The notes below the pieces were generated by a model. It was not told the origin of the DNA and made no database searches. It worked only from the letters and a program-made list of their open reading frames with translations. The position numbers and the translations under genes were made by a program. This document shows positions 50,624 through 64,000 of a stretch of DNA of 64,000 nucleotides, piece by piece; the first letter of the stretch is position 1; every line of letters starts with the position of its first letter. The stretch comes from the human T2T-CHM13v2.0 reference genome, Homo sapiens. The stretch is from assembly GCF_009914755.1 (NCBI RefSeq), contig NC_060930.1; one strand, written 5' to 3'.

Positions 50624-51007
50624 CTGAGTCAGCAGTAATATTCCACCAGGTCCTGGCCAAGTCAAGGAAGAACAGTCCGCAAATTTACGGCTGCAAATAC
50701 CAGCAGTGGATACCAGTAGAATGCTCATGGATGGACCAGTCAACACATCCAATATGTATGCCAGGCCAGCCTGGAACCTGCAAGGGCCTGGGGGTCAACA
50801 AGAGGGTGAGGTCATTCATTTACTCATTCACCTAACAGCTACAGTGAACCCAGATACCAACTTGGCATGTGTAAACAAGGGGAAGGGAAGAATGAAAATA
50901 GACCAAGCACCAAATGGTGCTTTTACCCTAAAGACAAATGGTACCTAATAAGGGATTGTTTTATTTATTAGATTAGATGATATGTCAAATGGGATTACAG
51001 TGTAATC

Positions 51008-51360
51008 TAGTGGTCCCCAAACTTTTTGGCAACAGGGACCAGTTTTGTGGAAGACAAGTTTTCCAAGGTCAGAGAGCTGGGGGGCGGTGAGTTGCAGCAG
51101 TGGAAGGGATGGTTTCCAGATGAAACTGTTGCACCTCAGATCATCAGGCATTAGTTAGATTCTTAAAAGGAACATGCAACCTAGGTCCCTCACATGTGCA
51201 GTTCACAATAGGGTTCGTGCTTCTATGAGAATCTAATTCCGCTGCTGATCTGACAGGAGGTGGAGCTCAGGTGGTAATGCTCGCTTGCCTACCACTCACC
51301 TCCTGCTAGGCCACCTAGTTCCTAACAGGTCATGGACTGGTACTGGGTTGGGAACTCCTG
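51008..51360. mobile_element. MER1B-like hAT-Charlie element
   Basis: gtggtccccaaactttttggcaacagggaccagttttgtggaagaca...ggttgggaactcctg. Confidence 0.85.
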
Positions 51361-51949
51361 GATTAGACCATTCCCTAGCACATGGGAGATTATGAAAGAG
51401 ATCATATCAGTTAGAAACAACATGCACTATATTTTTGCTGAATAGTGGAGCTTATTGTGAGTGAATTTGCAAGATGATTACATTGATTACATCTCTTTCT
51501 TCCAACTCCTCATAATAGGAAGCTGGCTTGGATATTGTGTTGGAAGAGAGTTGGAACTAGAGGAAATGGAAATACGAGACTAGGAAAAGAGGCCTTTCTC
51601 TTTTCTTATTTAAAGGGTCCTTTTAGAGCTAGGCAGACAATAATCATACTTAGCTCCCATAATATTATGGGACTCATGATACCAATTAATTCTCCTAAGG
51701 CTTTATGAGCTTGACCCATACTTACTTTCTTTTAGATAACTGTAAGAACCCCCAAAAGCCCTAAATACTGAAAAGAGGTTTGGGTCATTCATTAAATTAT
51801 TAACTATGCAGCCGCCTTCATTTTCATCTTCAGGAATCATTAACCACTTTATTATTAACGATGGCAAAAATGGAACTAATTTTGCACAGTGGGATACTGA
51901 GATTAACGCACTGTCTTACCTGCTTTTTAAATTACAGTACCTCCAACAA

Positions 51950-52530
51950 ATACTGAATGCCTACTGTGGGCTAAGCATCATTCTAGATGAAGATACGAGG
52001 GCAAAGAAGACACAGACTTGCCCTCAAGGAGTTTATAGTATGGTGAAGAATACAAAGGCAATTATCAAAACAGTGATGGAGAGAACTACTGGATTCTAGA
52101 GGGGCACGTTCTTGGAAACTTGGGAAAAACTTTCTAGAGGAAGGGTGACTTAAACTGAGTTGTAAAGGGCCAGTAGGGATTAGCCAGTGAAGAGTGAAAA
52201 GAGAAATGTGAAAAGACCTAAGGAGAAAGCATTTAGTTCATCTGGAGAAGTAAAAGGAGTCCTATTAAACTTGTACTACCACAATTAGTACTAGTATAAA
52301 TTGGCTTCCATGTGCTATAGGACTGCCAAGAATATTCCCCAAATCTTGCATATAACTCACTCAACCATGTGCAATTTTGGGGACTGACAGACTTATGCTC
52401 ATATTTTAGCTTTGACATCTTAAAGAATTTACTCAACATCTCTGAGCCTCTGTTTCTTCAACTGTAAAATGACGATAATAACTTCTTTGAAGAATCATTA
52501 TGAGGATTGAAATAAGTACGTGAATATAAT
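51950..52530. mobile_element. L2 (minus) followed by MIR (plus) fragments
   Basis: tactgaatgcctactgtggg...ccctcaaggagtttatagt; ctctgagcctctgtttcttcaactgtaaaatg. Confidence 0.6.
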
Positions 52531-55500
52531 GTATATTTCCCTTTCTTACATTCTTTAAACAGTTGATGGATTCCCTCAGCTTTAATGAAATTTGTCCTAA
52601 TTAAGAGATACTACTAGATTTTACCCCACTTTTTAAGGTCATAGCAATTAATGGGAAGCTTTTTTATGGCGGTGATGAACCCCAAAGAAAACTTCAAGAG
52701 TGAGGATTAAGGGAATGGATAAACTTCTTTCACAAGTGATTTTAGCAGCTAAGATGAAAATGTGTCACCTCAGATGGTTAAGTCATCAAAGGACAGAAAA
52801 GCTATTCTGGAAAAAGATCAGAAATTACAGGATGGAGAGAACTTATATTTGGAAAATTCTTGGCATTTCATGACAAAGGAGGAAAGGAGTAATTAATTAC
52901 AGCCCTCTTTCCCTCCAAACTAAGATAGATCTTCAGAATCCTCAACACTGTGTTCCTGGCAGCCACTCCCAGTAGATTAGCACTCCTACAAGGGTTCTCT
53001 AGGAAGAAACTAAAGAAGAAAAGACTTCGTTGGAGGGAGACAGACATTTCCTTTTCTACCCAGAGGTGTCCTTTTCAGAGATCCCTTTTCCCCTCACAGA
53101 GCTGAGGTCAGCCTCCACAGAGCACCAGCGAGGGGCCTTCTGGGTTGAGTTGCTGTGTTCCAAGCTTGATGGGATCAATAATTGGAGTAGTCTAAGAAGA
53201 GCCTATAGGATGTAATGGGAAATTTTTGTTGTGGCTATTGTTTGTTCTTGTTTTTTTTTTTTTTTTAAATTCTGAAACCTAATTTTTCTGCTGTCTACTA
53301 AACCAAAACCTGATTCAGAAATGAAGGCTCAAACAAATGTAAGGAAATTATGAATGTTACAGAGTTGCTATATTTTAAATCATATTTTGTTGGAAAAAAT
53401 TTTATAACAAAATATTGAAATATTCATTAGGGTAACAATTTTATAATTACATTAAAAAAATTCTGTCACGAGTGATTAGAACAGATGGCAAAGTCGTCAC
53501 AGCCTGACACAGTTTTATAGCCTGTAGTTTCAAATGGATGTGGGTCAAAGTAATTCAATGATCATTACTCTGTTATTCCTCACCAGGACAGTAACCAAGA
53601 AATTCTATAAAACCAGAAAGTGATAGAATCTCTTGCTGATTGTTTCCTGTCTTCATCTGTAAGAGGACTTGTAGTTATTGTTTTGCAGCTTATACATAGG
53701 AAACGTTCACATTAAACAATCAGGAACTTGAGCCACTCAGGGGAAGTGCTGATTTTTTTTTTCTATTTTTTAGTGGAATTCATTGTAATTTAATGTTTTA
53801 TATATTGGGAACAAGTTCAGTGCTCCATATATCATAATACTCTAATGAGATGCACTATATATTACCATGCTCGCAGAAGCCATCATTTGGTTCATCCCAT
53901 TTGCCAGGTCTGGGATGTGACAGAGAGCTTTATAACAGGTGCCCAGTGAAGCACACGTTTTGCACAATTCATAATTCAGCCCTGGCCACGTGTCTGTTCA
54001 GTGCTGTGGCCAGATTAGGCAAGTTGCTGCATAGCCATTTCAAACAAAAATTCATATTAAACTATTAAATGAGATTTGTAACTTACCCAGCAAAGCTAAA
54101 AATGGGAAGAGTAAATTTTATTTTTGGGAACTGGTGGAACATTTACAAAATCAACCGGATTGTTACATTTTTCTCACATGCTAGTTAGAAAGATGTTGAT
54201 GTATAACGGAGGAATATATCTGTGTAGATATAATCGGTAGTTGTAGCACTGCCTATTGCACATTACTTATATCTCAATTTGTTTAAGAATAGAAATACTA
54301 ATTTTTAAAATTTTTAGTTGATATTTTCTGAAAAATTACCTTCTTTATTTTTATGCTACATTTTTCCCCTTGTTTGCCTATAATTGTTCTTGAAGAATAC
54401 TTGAATGTCGGGGGGCCTGGTGAATGGGGGCCTCGGACACCATCTGCCCAGCTCCGCTGCCCCTCCCAAGTCTTGTACGATGGTCACAGTCTGGTGGCCA
54501 TGGGGGTGCTGTGCCTTCCCTGGTCCCTACTGCCCATATCTGTGGACTGCCCCTTCCAAAGACCCCAGGGGATGGGCAGACTGCCTGCCTCACTCCCCCA
54601 TCACACTAAAAAGGCAATCATCAAAACAGTGGCATGTTTGGTATTCCCTTTTTCTTCTCCCTCTCTCTCCTTCTGTCTCTCTTTCTTCTTTGTTTCTACC
54701 AACAAAAATTTCTTTAGATAAGTGCTTCTAGGTGAGGCTAGAAAGATGAATACATTGACACGGGCACATACTACTATAATGTGAACCATGAAGTAATGAC
54801 TGCTTTGAGAAGATTAATATAATGTGCTTCTAGTATTCTCAGTATGCAAGGATTGTTCTAAAATGAACTCCAAGCCACCAGGATTTAGATTATTGTCCTG
54901 GTGCCAGATTTCTTGCCCTGAGAGTTAGGTGACACTCCCTCCAACTTCATCATGCTTCAGAAGTAAGGCTGATAAACAGCTGCTTGGGTTGTGGTGCGTG
55001 CAGAGCAATTTGTGGGGTGGTGGTGTCCTCTCACAGAGGGGCCAACAGGCTGCTGCTGGTGAGGGCCAGGCAGCTGGGGATTCCCAGCGCAGCTATGATG
55101 TTATGAACTCCTTATCAAGCACCAAAGGAGGCAGAAAGCCGGAACATTCCTTAATCTCTCAGACCCTTATTTTCTTCATCTCTCAGCAAGATACAGTTTT
55201 TCTATCAATTATCACAGCTGTACACTAAATTGTGTGATTGCATATGCTATTATTTGCCTTGTTTATCTAGCTCCTAGCACAGAGTCTTACATGGAGTAGG
55301 GGGTCAGTAAATATTCGCTGAGAGTACGAATATGTGAACAATGGAAAATTACTAACCTCAAAGTGTTTTCATGAGAATTAAGAATAAATATTTTTGGATA
55401 AATGCATATGTGAATATAAAATGCCTGGGGTGCTTCCTGGCTCAGAGGAGGCACTTAATAAATATGTGGTTATGAGTTTCAGGTTAAATTGTGCATGAAT

Positions 55501-57491
55501 TATTTAAGAAAAAATATATAAATTAATGCTTTTAAAACTTCTGATTACTTTTTGTCTAATGTCATCGGTGGCATGTCAATGTCATAGAAGCCAGAGTTTT
55601 ACCATATGTTACTATTAGAGCAGGGTGTATCTTAAAAGCAAATAGGGAGACTTGTTAGGGATATTGGTTTTTTGACAGGTGCAGAAGTTATCTGGATTAA
55701 AAATAGAAATGCTTCTTTTATGAAGATATAGATTGACATCAAATATTCCACAAATGAATCACTTTACATTTCTAGTTAAAAATTTACAGCAATGAAAGCT
55801 CACATTCCTGTTGTACAAAACTAGAAAATACATGCTTTAACGTAACTTTGGAGCATCAATCTCTATTTACTAAATCTCATGCACTTCGACTAAGAAATCT
55901 ATTTGTAGACAGAATCATCACATAGAAAGAAAATTGAAGCATTCTCTAACTGACCTAGCAATAGTTCAGTAATGATGATTGCCTGGAAAATTCTGTAGAT
56001 TACTGTCAACTGATAACATTCATCTGTCAGGACTCAGCAGCTGGGGAAAAAGCCCTTCAATCCAAAAGCAGAGTCGGGGCCACTATAGCATGGTGGACGG
56101 CAAGACGGAGAGTGGTTGGCCAGTGTGCTTGGGGGTGGGTGGTGGTGGTGGCTGATGATGGAGGGGTGCCTTCAGCCACTGAGTCTTCTCAATGCTAACT
56201 TAAGGGGAAGAAGAGTAGGTATGGTTTGGAAGGATGTAGATCCAAGCATACAACCTCAAAATAGCCACCTTCATCTTCACTCACCTCATGACTGCTATTA
56301 TCACATATATTTCAATGGCTGGGCCAGGATGGGGACTGACTTATATCTACACCATTTGACCTTTCATTTACTTTCTAGTTCTCTCTTTCAGCTGGCTCCT
56401 TTGTTGTGGCTTCTTTTTCCTCTTTACTACGAAGGATTCCCAAGTGGTCTTTTCTCTGGTGATTCTTCCTTTTCTGCATTCCCCCCTTTTTTGGGGGAAA
56501 GTATGATTTAGCCTGAAGGATCAGGGCTGGGAGGGGTGACTGGAACCCAGAAGGAGAGAGCGGTGTATATGGAGGAAAAATGGCCTTCTATAAGGGATGT
56601 GGCCAGTGTGAGACAATCTCACAGGAAGGGAACCTGGGGAATAAACAGTGATCTCACTGTACCTCCCTGCCTCCAGTCACCTGCTGGTAGAACCCAAAGG
56701 GAAGTCCAAGGGTGCCATGATCCATGTTTGTTCAAATCAGACTTCTGGAGTGGATAGCAGAGCGGAAAAGGGTGGAGAGTAGATCTGAAGAGGCAAACAA
56801 GGTATCTGGCAAAACTCCCATATCTATAGTTCTATCCCTAACTTATTTCCTGGGCTGGAAATCTAAGGCATCCAAAATATCTTCCATGGAAACTAACCCT
56901 GTTTACCATCATTTTGTTTCTGTTGATGGAGTCTTAATTTCCACAGTTCCTGAGGTTCATAACACCAAAGTCTTCTTTGAGGTCAACTCGTCACTTCCAC
57001 CAACAGTGAAGTTGAGGGAACAAGCTGTACTACTTTACCTGCTTTTAAATCTTCCACAGCAGCAAGTAATGTTTGCAGATAGTGAGCATCTAAGATATAT
57101 TTATGGAATTTTCTTGACTTAACTTGCTCAGAGCTTATTGCTAATTAGAATAACTTTAACCTTGGAGATGTTTATTTTTCACTTGATTGTTGTAAGGTTG
57201 CAAAACTGGGCAGCTGCAGCCAAAGGTAACAGCCCTGAAAACACACCAGAGGATAGCACAGACAGTGCCTGCTCAGTCATGATGGACAGGGGAGAAGACA
57301 GAGGGAGCTTGCCTGATGTATTCACTAAGTGGCTGTTGAGTGAAGGTTTCCTTCGGCCAGTTATGCAAGAGGGAGACTATTTGTTCTTTTAAAATGATTG
57401 CTTATGTATTTGCTTTAGCTTTTATTAATTATTTTAAGTATCTTTAACACCAGAGATATCTCACACTGGTTGCCCTAGGGCAGTTAAAAAG

Positions 57492-58770
<1,279 letters not shown>

Positions 58771-58924
58771 TGTGTGATTATTATTAACCTTAAAAATGTT
58801 GACACCAAACCTAATGGATTTGGAGAATATACTGGGCTGTGTTATCAAAGCCAAGTCATAACAATCTGTTTCTGAATCAGTGTGAACTTGACAGAAGGGG
58901 TAGGTGGGGTAGAGGAACCATCAC

Positions 58925-59050
58925 TGTTGCTGATTCTCAACCTTGGCTACACATGATAATCACTCGAGGAGCTTTGAAAAATAGTGATGCCTGGGCCCAC
59001 TCCTAGAGATCTTGAATTAGCTAGTCCTGAAATAGAACCTGATATTAGTG
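58925..59050. mobile_element. MER5A fragment
   Basis: ttctcaaccttggctacacatgataatcactcgaggagcttt...gatgcctgggcccac. Confidence 0.7.
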
Positions 59051-59812
59051 AATAAATACAGATCTATTGTGTCCACATCTCTACCCAGGAGACTAGCTGC
59101 TGAAGGGACAGAGAGGCCTTTTGTTTAACACTTAAGATTTTTCCTTCCTTCTGTTTTGTCTTAGGACAGTAAAAATGCAACAGTCGATTTCTCTTAAGGC
59201 AATTACCCAAGAAATTTATGGTAATATGCCAAAGTTGAAGCCAAGGTGACTGCTTGGCTTATCATAGATATGATTGCGAACAAGATGGCTCACAACCAAA
59301 TGTGTTATAAAAATGAGTAACATTAGTAGGAAATGGCATGTGAAGGATTGACTTATAATACAGATGTCCTGAATAATGTATAGTCACTGCCTTCCATTGT
59401 TTATCATCAAGGTGGAAAGTGTGAAGTCCAAAGCTCACAGATAGAAGCAGACAGTGTAAGATAGTATATAAATCACTGTAAAGATGCAGGGTGAAGATAA
59501 TACCCTATGTATAAAACTAATGATTCACAATCATTATACATGCATAGTCAATTCTTATCCTAGATAGATTTTTATGAAAACGAATATTTAATTCTTCAAA
59601 ATGCTCCCAGGTCTCAGAAGGAAAAGCCACATTCACCCCTGGACACAGGTGACGACACCCTTAGGGTGCCTGACACCTTGGGACTACATTGTTGCCCACA
59701 TGAATAATTCAAAATATATTTTAAAACATGATGCAAAATTTATATACATGCTGAAATCAAAATAACTTTTTTCTAGGTTTTCTGAGCATAAAACTCTAGG
59801 TAAAACTCTTGG

Positions 59813-60164
59813 TTTTATTTTATTTTATTTTGTTTTGTTTTGTTTTGTTTTGTTTTGTTTTGTTTTGTTTTGTTTTGTTTTAGAGATAGGGTCTTGCTCT
59901 GTCAGCCAGGCTGGAGTGCAGAGGCATGTCACGGCTCACTGCATCATTGACCTCCTGGGCTCAAGCAATCCTCTCACCTCAGCCTCTCACGTAGTTAAGA
60001 CTACAGGCATGTGCCACCATGCCCAGCTGATTTTTTATTTTTTTTTGTAGAGATGGAGTTTCGCCGTGTTGCCCAGGCTGGTCTTGAACTCCTGGGCTCA
60101 AGTGATCCACCTGCCTTGGCTTCCCAAAGTGCTGGGATTACAGGTGTGAACAACTCTTCCAGCC
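59813..60164 (-). mobile_element. AluJ with a (TTTTA)3(TTTTG)10 tail
   Basis: cctcctgggctcaagcaatcc; pentamer tail at 59813-59877. Confidence 0.9.
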
Positions 60165-61320
60165 ATGATTTTACTTTATTAGTGGCCCTTCTTTGTTGAT
60201 GTCCTCAGTTTGGAACTAATCTGCCTACAGTGTAGCACAGCACTGGGCCCACTTTAATGGTCCCCAAGGAGGACTGCATATCATTTCTAACTACTATGCT
60301 TGAGCTTCTGGAGAGCTGAGATTGTGTCTTGTTCATTTTTGAATGTCCCACAGTGCCTATAAACAATATTTATTGATTGAATTATATATACAGCACCGTT
60401 GAGTCTGAGAGTCTGAGTAATTTGCTTCTGAGTTTCAAGTAAAACTCTCCATCTTTCAACATACAAAAAGTGCCTTTCAGTAAATTTTTTTTGGAACCAG
60501 TTTTATTGTCACCATGTTTTATTGTTTTGCAGTGCTGATATTCTAGGGATGAGGCCACAGTCTTGATGATACAACTGTGATTCATTGTTTACCACAGATT
60601 AGTTTCTTTTAGGAGATGGTGCATGAATGTTGATTGGCGGGGACAGGGGAGAAAGTGGGGTGCACCAGAGAAGAATATATTCGTCAAGATAAATAAACAT
60701 CAATTTGTGCAGCCTCTCAAAACATGCTTTCTGAAAAGGACCTTTCTGGCATTGTTCCTCTATTTGCTTTCAGCTTCTGTATTTTAATTTATTGAAAATT
60801 CTGCTAGCCCAAACCTGCCTCCACTCACTGGAAAAACATTGCCTTTATAATGAAGAAAATTTATTGCCAACTGTGCCCTTGGAATTTCATGCATGCTGTT
60901 CATTTTGATGCCTGGCATTAAAATTAGCTTTTATTTGAATTTGTACTGTTGTACATATGTAATTTTCTTTAAAAAAATTACAATTTTGTTTTCCGAGAAA
61001 GCGATTGGTAGAAGAAAAGCTGCTTTGCAAATATTTGGTAGAATCTAGCCTTTGTAAATAACTTGCCTGAGTAAAAATGCATGTTATTAGTCCTGCTTTC
61101 TCATATGTTTAAATAATTATTTGTATCCTATACTTATCTGTGTCCCTGTAACCTACAGTTGAAGAGCAGTGGTTCCCAAATGCCAGACTGTAACAGTGTT
61201 TTCACTGGCTCTCAATAAAGTTTGGCAAATAAAGATAATGTTAATTTTTTTTATAAGGCTACCTATTTTTCAGTTTAAAGAAAAAATACCTGTCATTCTG
61301 TGATTTTTGTTAGATATCCT

Positions 61321-61637
61321 TTCTTTCTTTTGTTTATTTGGTTTGCTTTGTAGGGAGAGGATCTTGTTTTGTTGCCCAGTCTGGAGTGCAGTGTCATGAT
61401 CATGACTGACCACAGTCTTGAATTCATGGGTTAAGGAATACCCTTGCCTCAGCCTTACAAGTAGCTGGACTACAGGCTGGTGCCACCATGCCTGGCTATT
61501 TAAAAAAAAAATTTTTTTTTATAGAGACAGAGTGTCACTATGTTGACCAGACTGGTCTTGAACTCCTGGCCCCAGGTAATCCTCCTGTGTAGGCCTCCCA
61601 AAGTGGAATTACAGGTGTGAGCCACTGCTCCCGGTCT
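61321..61637 (-). mobile_element. AluJ (degenerate)
   Basis: ttgcccagtctggagtgcagtg...ctcccaaagtggaattacaggtgtgagccactg. Confidence 0.85.
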
Positions 61638-62730
61638 CAATGCCCTTTCTTTCACAATATGATAGAAATAGGAGAATGGCAGCTAGTTTTAAAAATGTTC
61701 ATGTTTGACAAAGTAAAAACATTGGGAAATGCTTCATTGTTTGTTTTGTAAGCTACAGAAACTACCATTACAAGAATGGCAAAGACTGTTCCTGATGTCA
61801 AAATTAGCAGTTACAAAATAAAAACTGATTATCCACTAAAAGAAGTGTTTTGACCAACCAAATTGGGGGCCATTTGTCCTTTCTACAGGCTGCAAATCCT
61901 TTCCAAAGACTAAGAATTAGACTCGTGTAGGCTAGAGGCGATAGTTAACATCTTTTGGACATAAGCCCTTGCCTAGGCTGATGGGAACCTCAGACCTAGC
62001 TGGGAACACACTCATGATTAACTGATGCTAGGGCAACAGAAAAATGGGCTCATGTGTGCAACAGAAGATCCTCTATTGGGGAAAGATAAGAACTTTCTAG
62101 GGGAAAACCCAAGTTATCGGTGATGGAGTAATATCCTATAAGACAAACCACAACTTCATAAGCTGAGTCCAGTTTCACATTGGCCCAGGATCTGGGCTGG
62201 ATAAAGTCCTTCCATATGACACTTCTGTGGGTGGCCCACTGGCCTCAGCAGTAAACAGAATATCCATGGAGGGCAGTCTCCTGCATCTGATCACTTTCCA
62301 CTCAATAGAATTCCTCCTGGGAGATGGTAGGTGGGAGGGTGAGTAGGAGAAGTGTGGAAACATTTTGATCAATAAGAAATTTCTCAAGCTTTTAACACTT
62401 GCTTTTTGAGGAGGACTCTATTAGCATTTTTACCTATTTATTTTCTTTGTTTAGTTTCATGACTAAATCTTAGCAAAAAGCCTGCTCCTACATAAAGGAC
62501 AGGCATCTTTCCAAGCCCATGCCAAGATGGTCACTGTCATCAGGCATTCACTGTGAAGGAGACTGCCAGTTATCATCTGGTTGGTGCTATGCTGGGATGG
62601 GATAGGCAGGGAACAGGAAGATATTTGTGGTTTCTTGTGGTTCCTTCCATCCCTTTTCAAATGTCCTCTCTTGTGGACCTACTGATGAAGTATCAGCTGT
62701 TCTACTGGCCTATGGTTGTCTAGGAAGATT

Positions 62731-62810
62731 TATATCATATTATATTATATTATATTATATTATATTATTATATTATATTATATTATACTATTATATTATA
62801 TTATAATATA
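62731..62810. repeat. (ATATT)n pentanucleotide microsatellite
   Basis: tatattatattatattatat... about 14 units with interruptions. Confidence 0.95.
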
Positions 62811-64000
62811 ATTTCACTTCCTTTCTGGTGTTTTCTAAGCCAATTACTTTTTTATGATACAAATGGATGTATTGATGTACCATACGTTTCTCTCTGTCTT
62901 CAGCTTTCTCATTTGCTTGTGCCAATCCCTGGTAAAATAAAATCCATCTGACTATGTCAAGAGAACAAAGTCATGGCCATGAAGGCCTAGTGCTACTTTT
63001 TGAATGGGACTGACTTGAACTTTTCCATGCTGATAGGAAAAATCTGCCCCCTTCCACCCCCCGTCACAACAGTAAAAGAGAGTATCCATTTGAACTCCAT
63101 TCTACTTGCTTCTCATCGCCACGAGGAGCTTCCACTGCAATGACATCTCTTTCCAGCCCTCTCCAGCTCCCTCACTTGCTCCTTACCTGATTGGTGAGTT
63201 TAGGTGGAAGCAAAGGAAATTGCTCCATTCAAACTTCCCAAGCTCTCTCTCAAAACTGCTGGCCTGCATAGCAGGTGTATTTGGGTCTGTCCTCAGTATA
63301 TGGACAGATTACTGGGTGAACTTTGCCCTTAAATGGGTGTCCTCTGATTTCTAGTTCAACCTGTCATGGAGCAGGTAAGAATATTTCTGAAGTTGGTGTC
63401 AGGATGACAATGGAGACCACTGATTTAAATCCATGTTCTCTAATCTGCTTTACCAAAAGTAAAGCTGCCCTTTTGATCTCCATCTGTCTGTCTCTTGGTT
63501 CTTATTTCTCAATCAGTTCAAAACTTGACAATGGGGTGTTATTTAATTGAGCCCTTAAATTCCAATATATAATCCCCACAAGCAACTTAACTTGTGACAG
63601 GTGAATAAATAATAGTTATTCACATGGTTCAATTTCCATGTCATCCATCCTGGAAACCTCATTTAAAAACTTCTGGACATAGAACCTTGCCTCTAACCAA
63701 CCTATTGGGGCCCTGGGTGTGCTTTCTCCAACAGAGCTACTACATGACCTAGATTGGTATAAATTATTGTTGACACTTTCAAGCTGAAGGCCTAGAGCTG
63801 TCATTAGGGGACCTGGTCCCAGGGCCCAACTGATCCTGGCAAATGTACTCACAAAAGACCCTGGGTCTGTGGCTACAGGCGACCTAGAAACTCTCTTCCT
63901 CTGTGAAATATTCAGAATTTATGACCTCCCACATGAAGTAATATTGTAATTCAGATGGTTGCAGGAGTCTGTTTCTGTAGAGCCCTCTCCAATATCTCTG

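Noticed and set aside
50628-50948. Open frame of about 106 codons next to the LTR with a G|GTGAGG donor
   Set aside because: No good acceptor or strong start, and no recognisable domain; the length is within chance for a 64-kb window.

Overview
64 kb of great-ape (human-like) genomic DNA that is mostly transposable-element-derived, with no host protein-coding gene I can recognise. The only credible protein-coding sequence belongs to two LINE-1 copies on the + strand. The first is a young L1PA2-type element (1-5047, its 5' end outside the window) with ORF1 open and ORF2 killed by two stops, a 13-nt deletion and an FADD->FADV change. The second is an older L1PA7/8-type element (31229-36094) with a collapsed 5'UTR, no 3' end, and an inverted ORF2 fragment fused to it. 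The rest holds about 14 Alu/FLAM copies, MaLR/ERVL/ERV1 solo LTRs, old L1M/L2/CR1/MIR fragments, hAT DNA-transposon relics and microsatellites. The most striking observation is a 33-nt tailless insertion, flanked by a 14-bp target-site duplication (TSD), inside an Alu linker at 11629-11661. It consists of the first 25 nt of tRNA-Glu(TTC) plus 8 extra 5' nt that may be a pre-tRNA leader. Other notable items are an overlapping TCF/LEF + DR1 motif cluster (~5.9 kb), a CTCF motif in a micro CpG cluster (~43.6 kb) and candidate minus-strand non-coding exons. Subfamily names come from recalled diagnostics, not from a database search. I see no evidence for a new multi-gene system.
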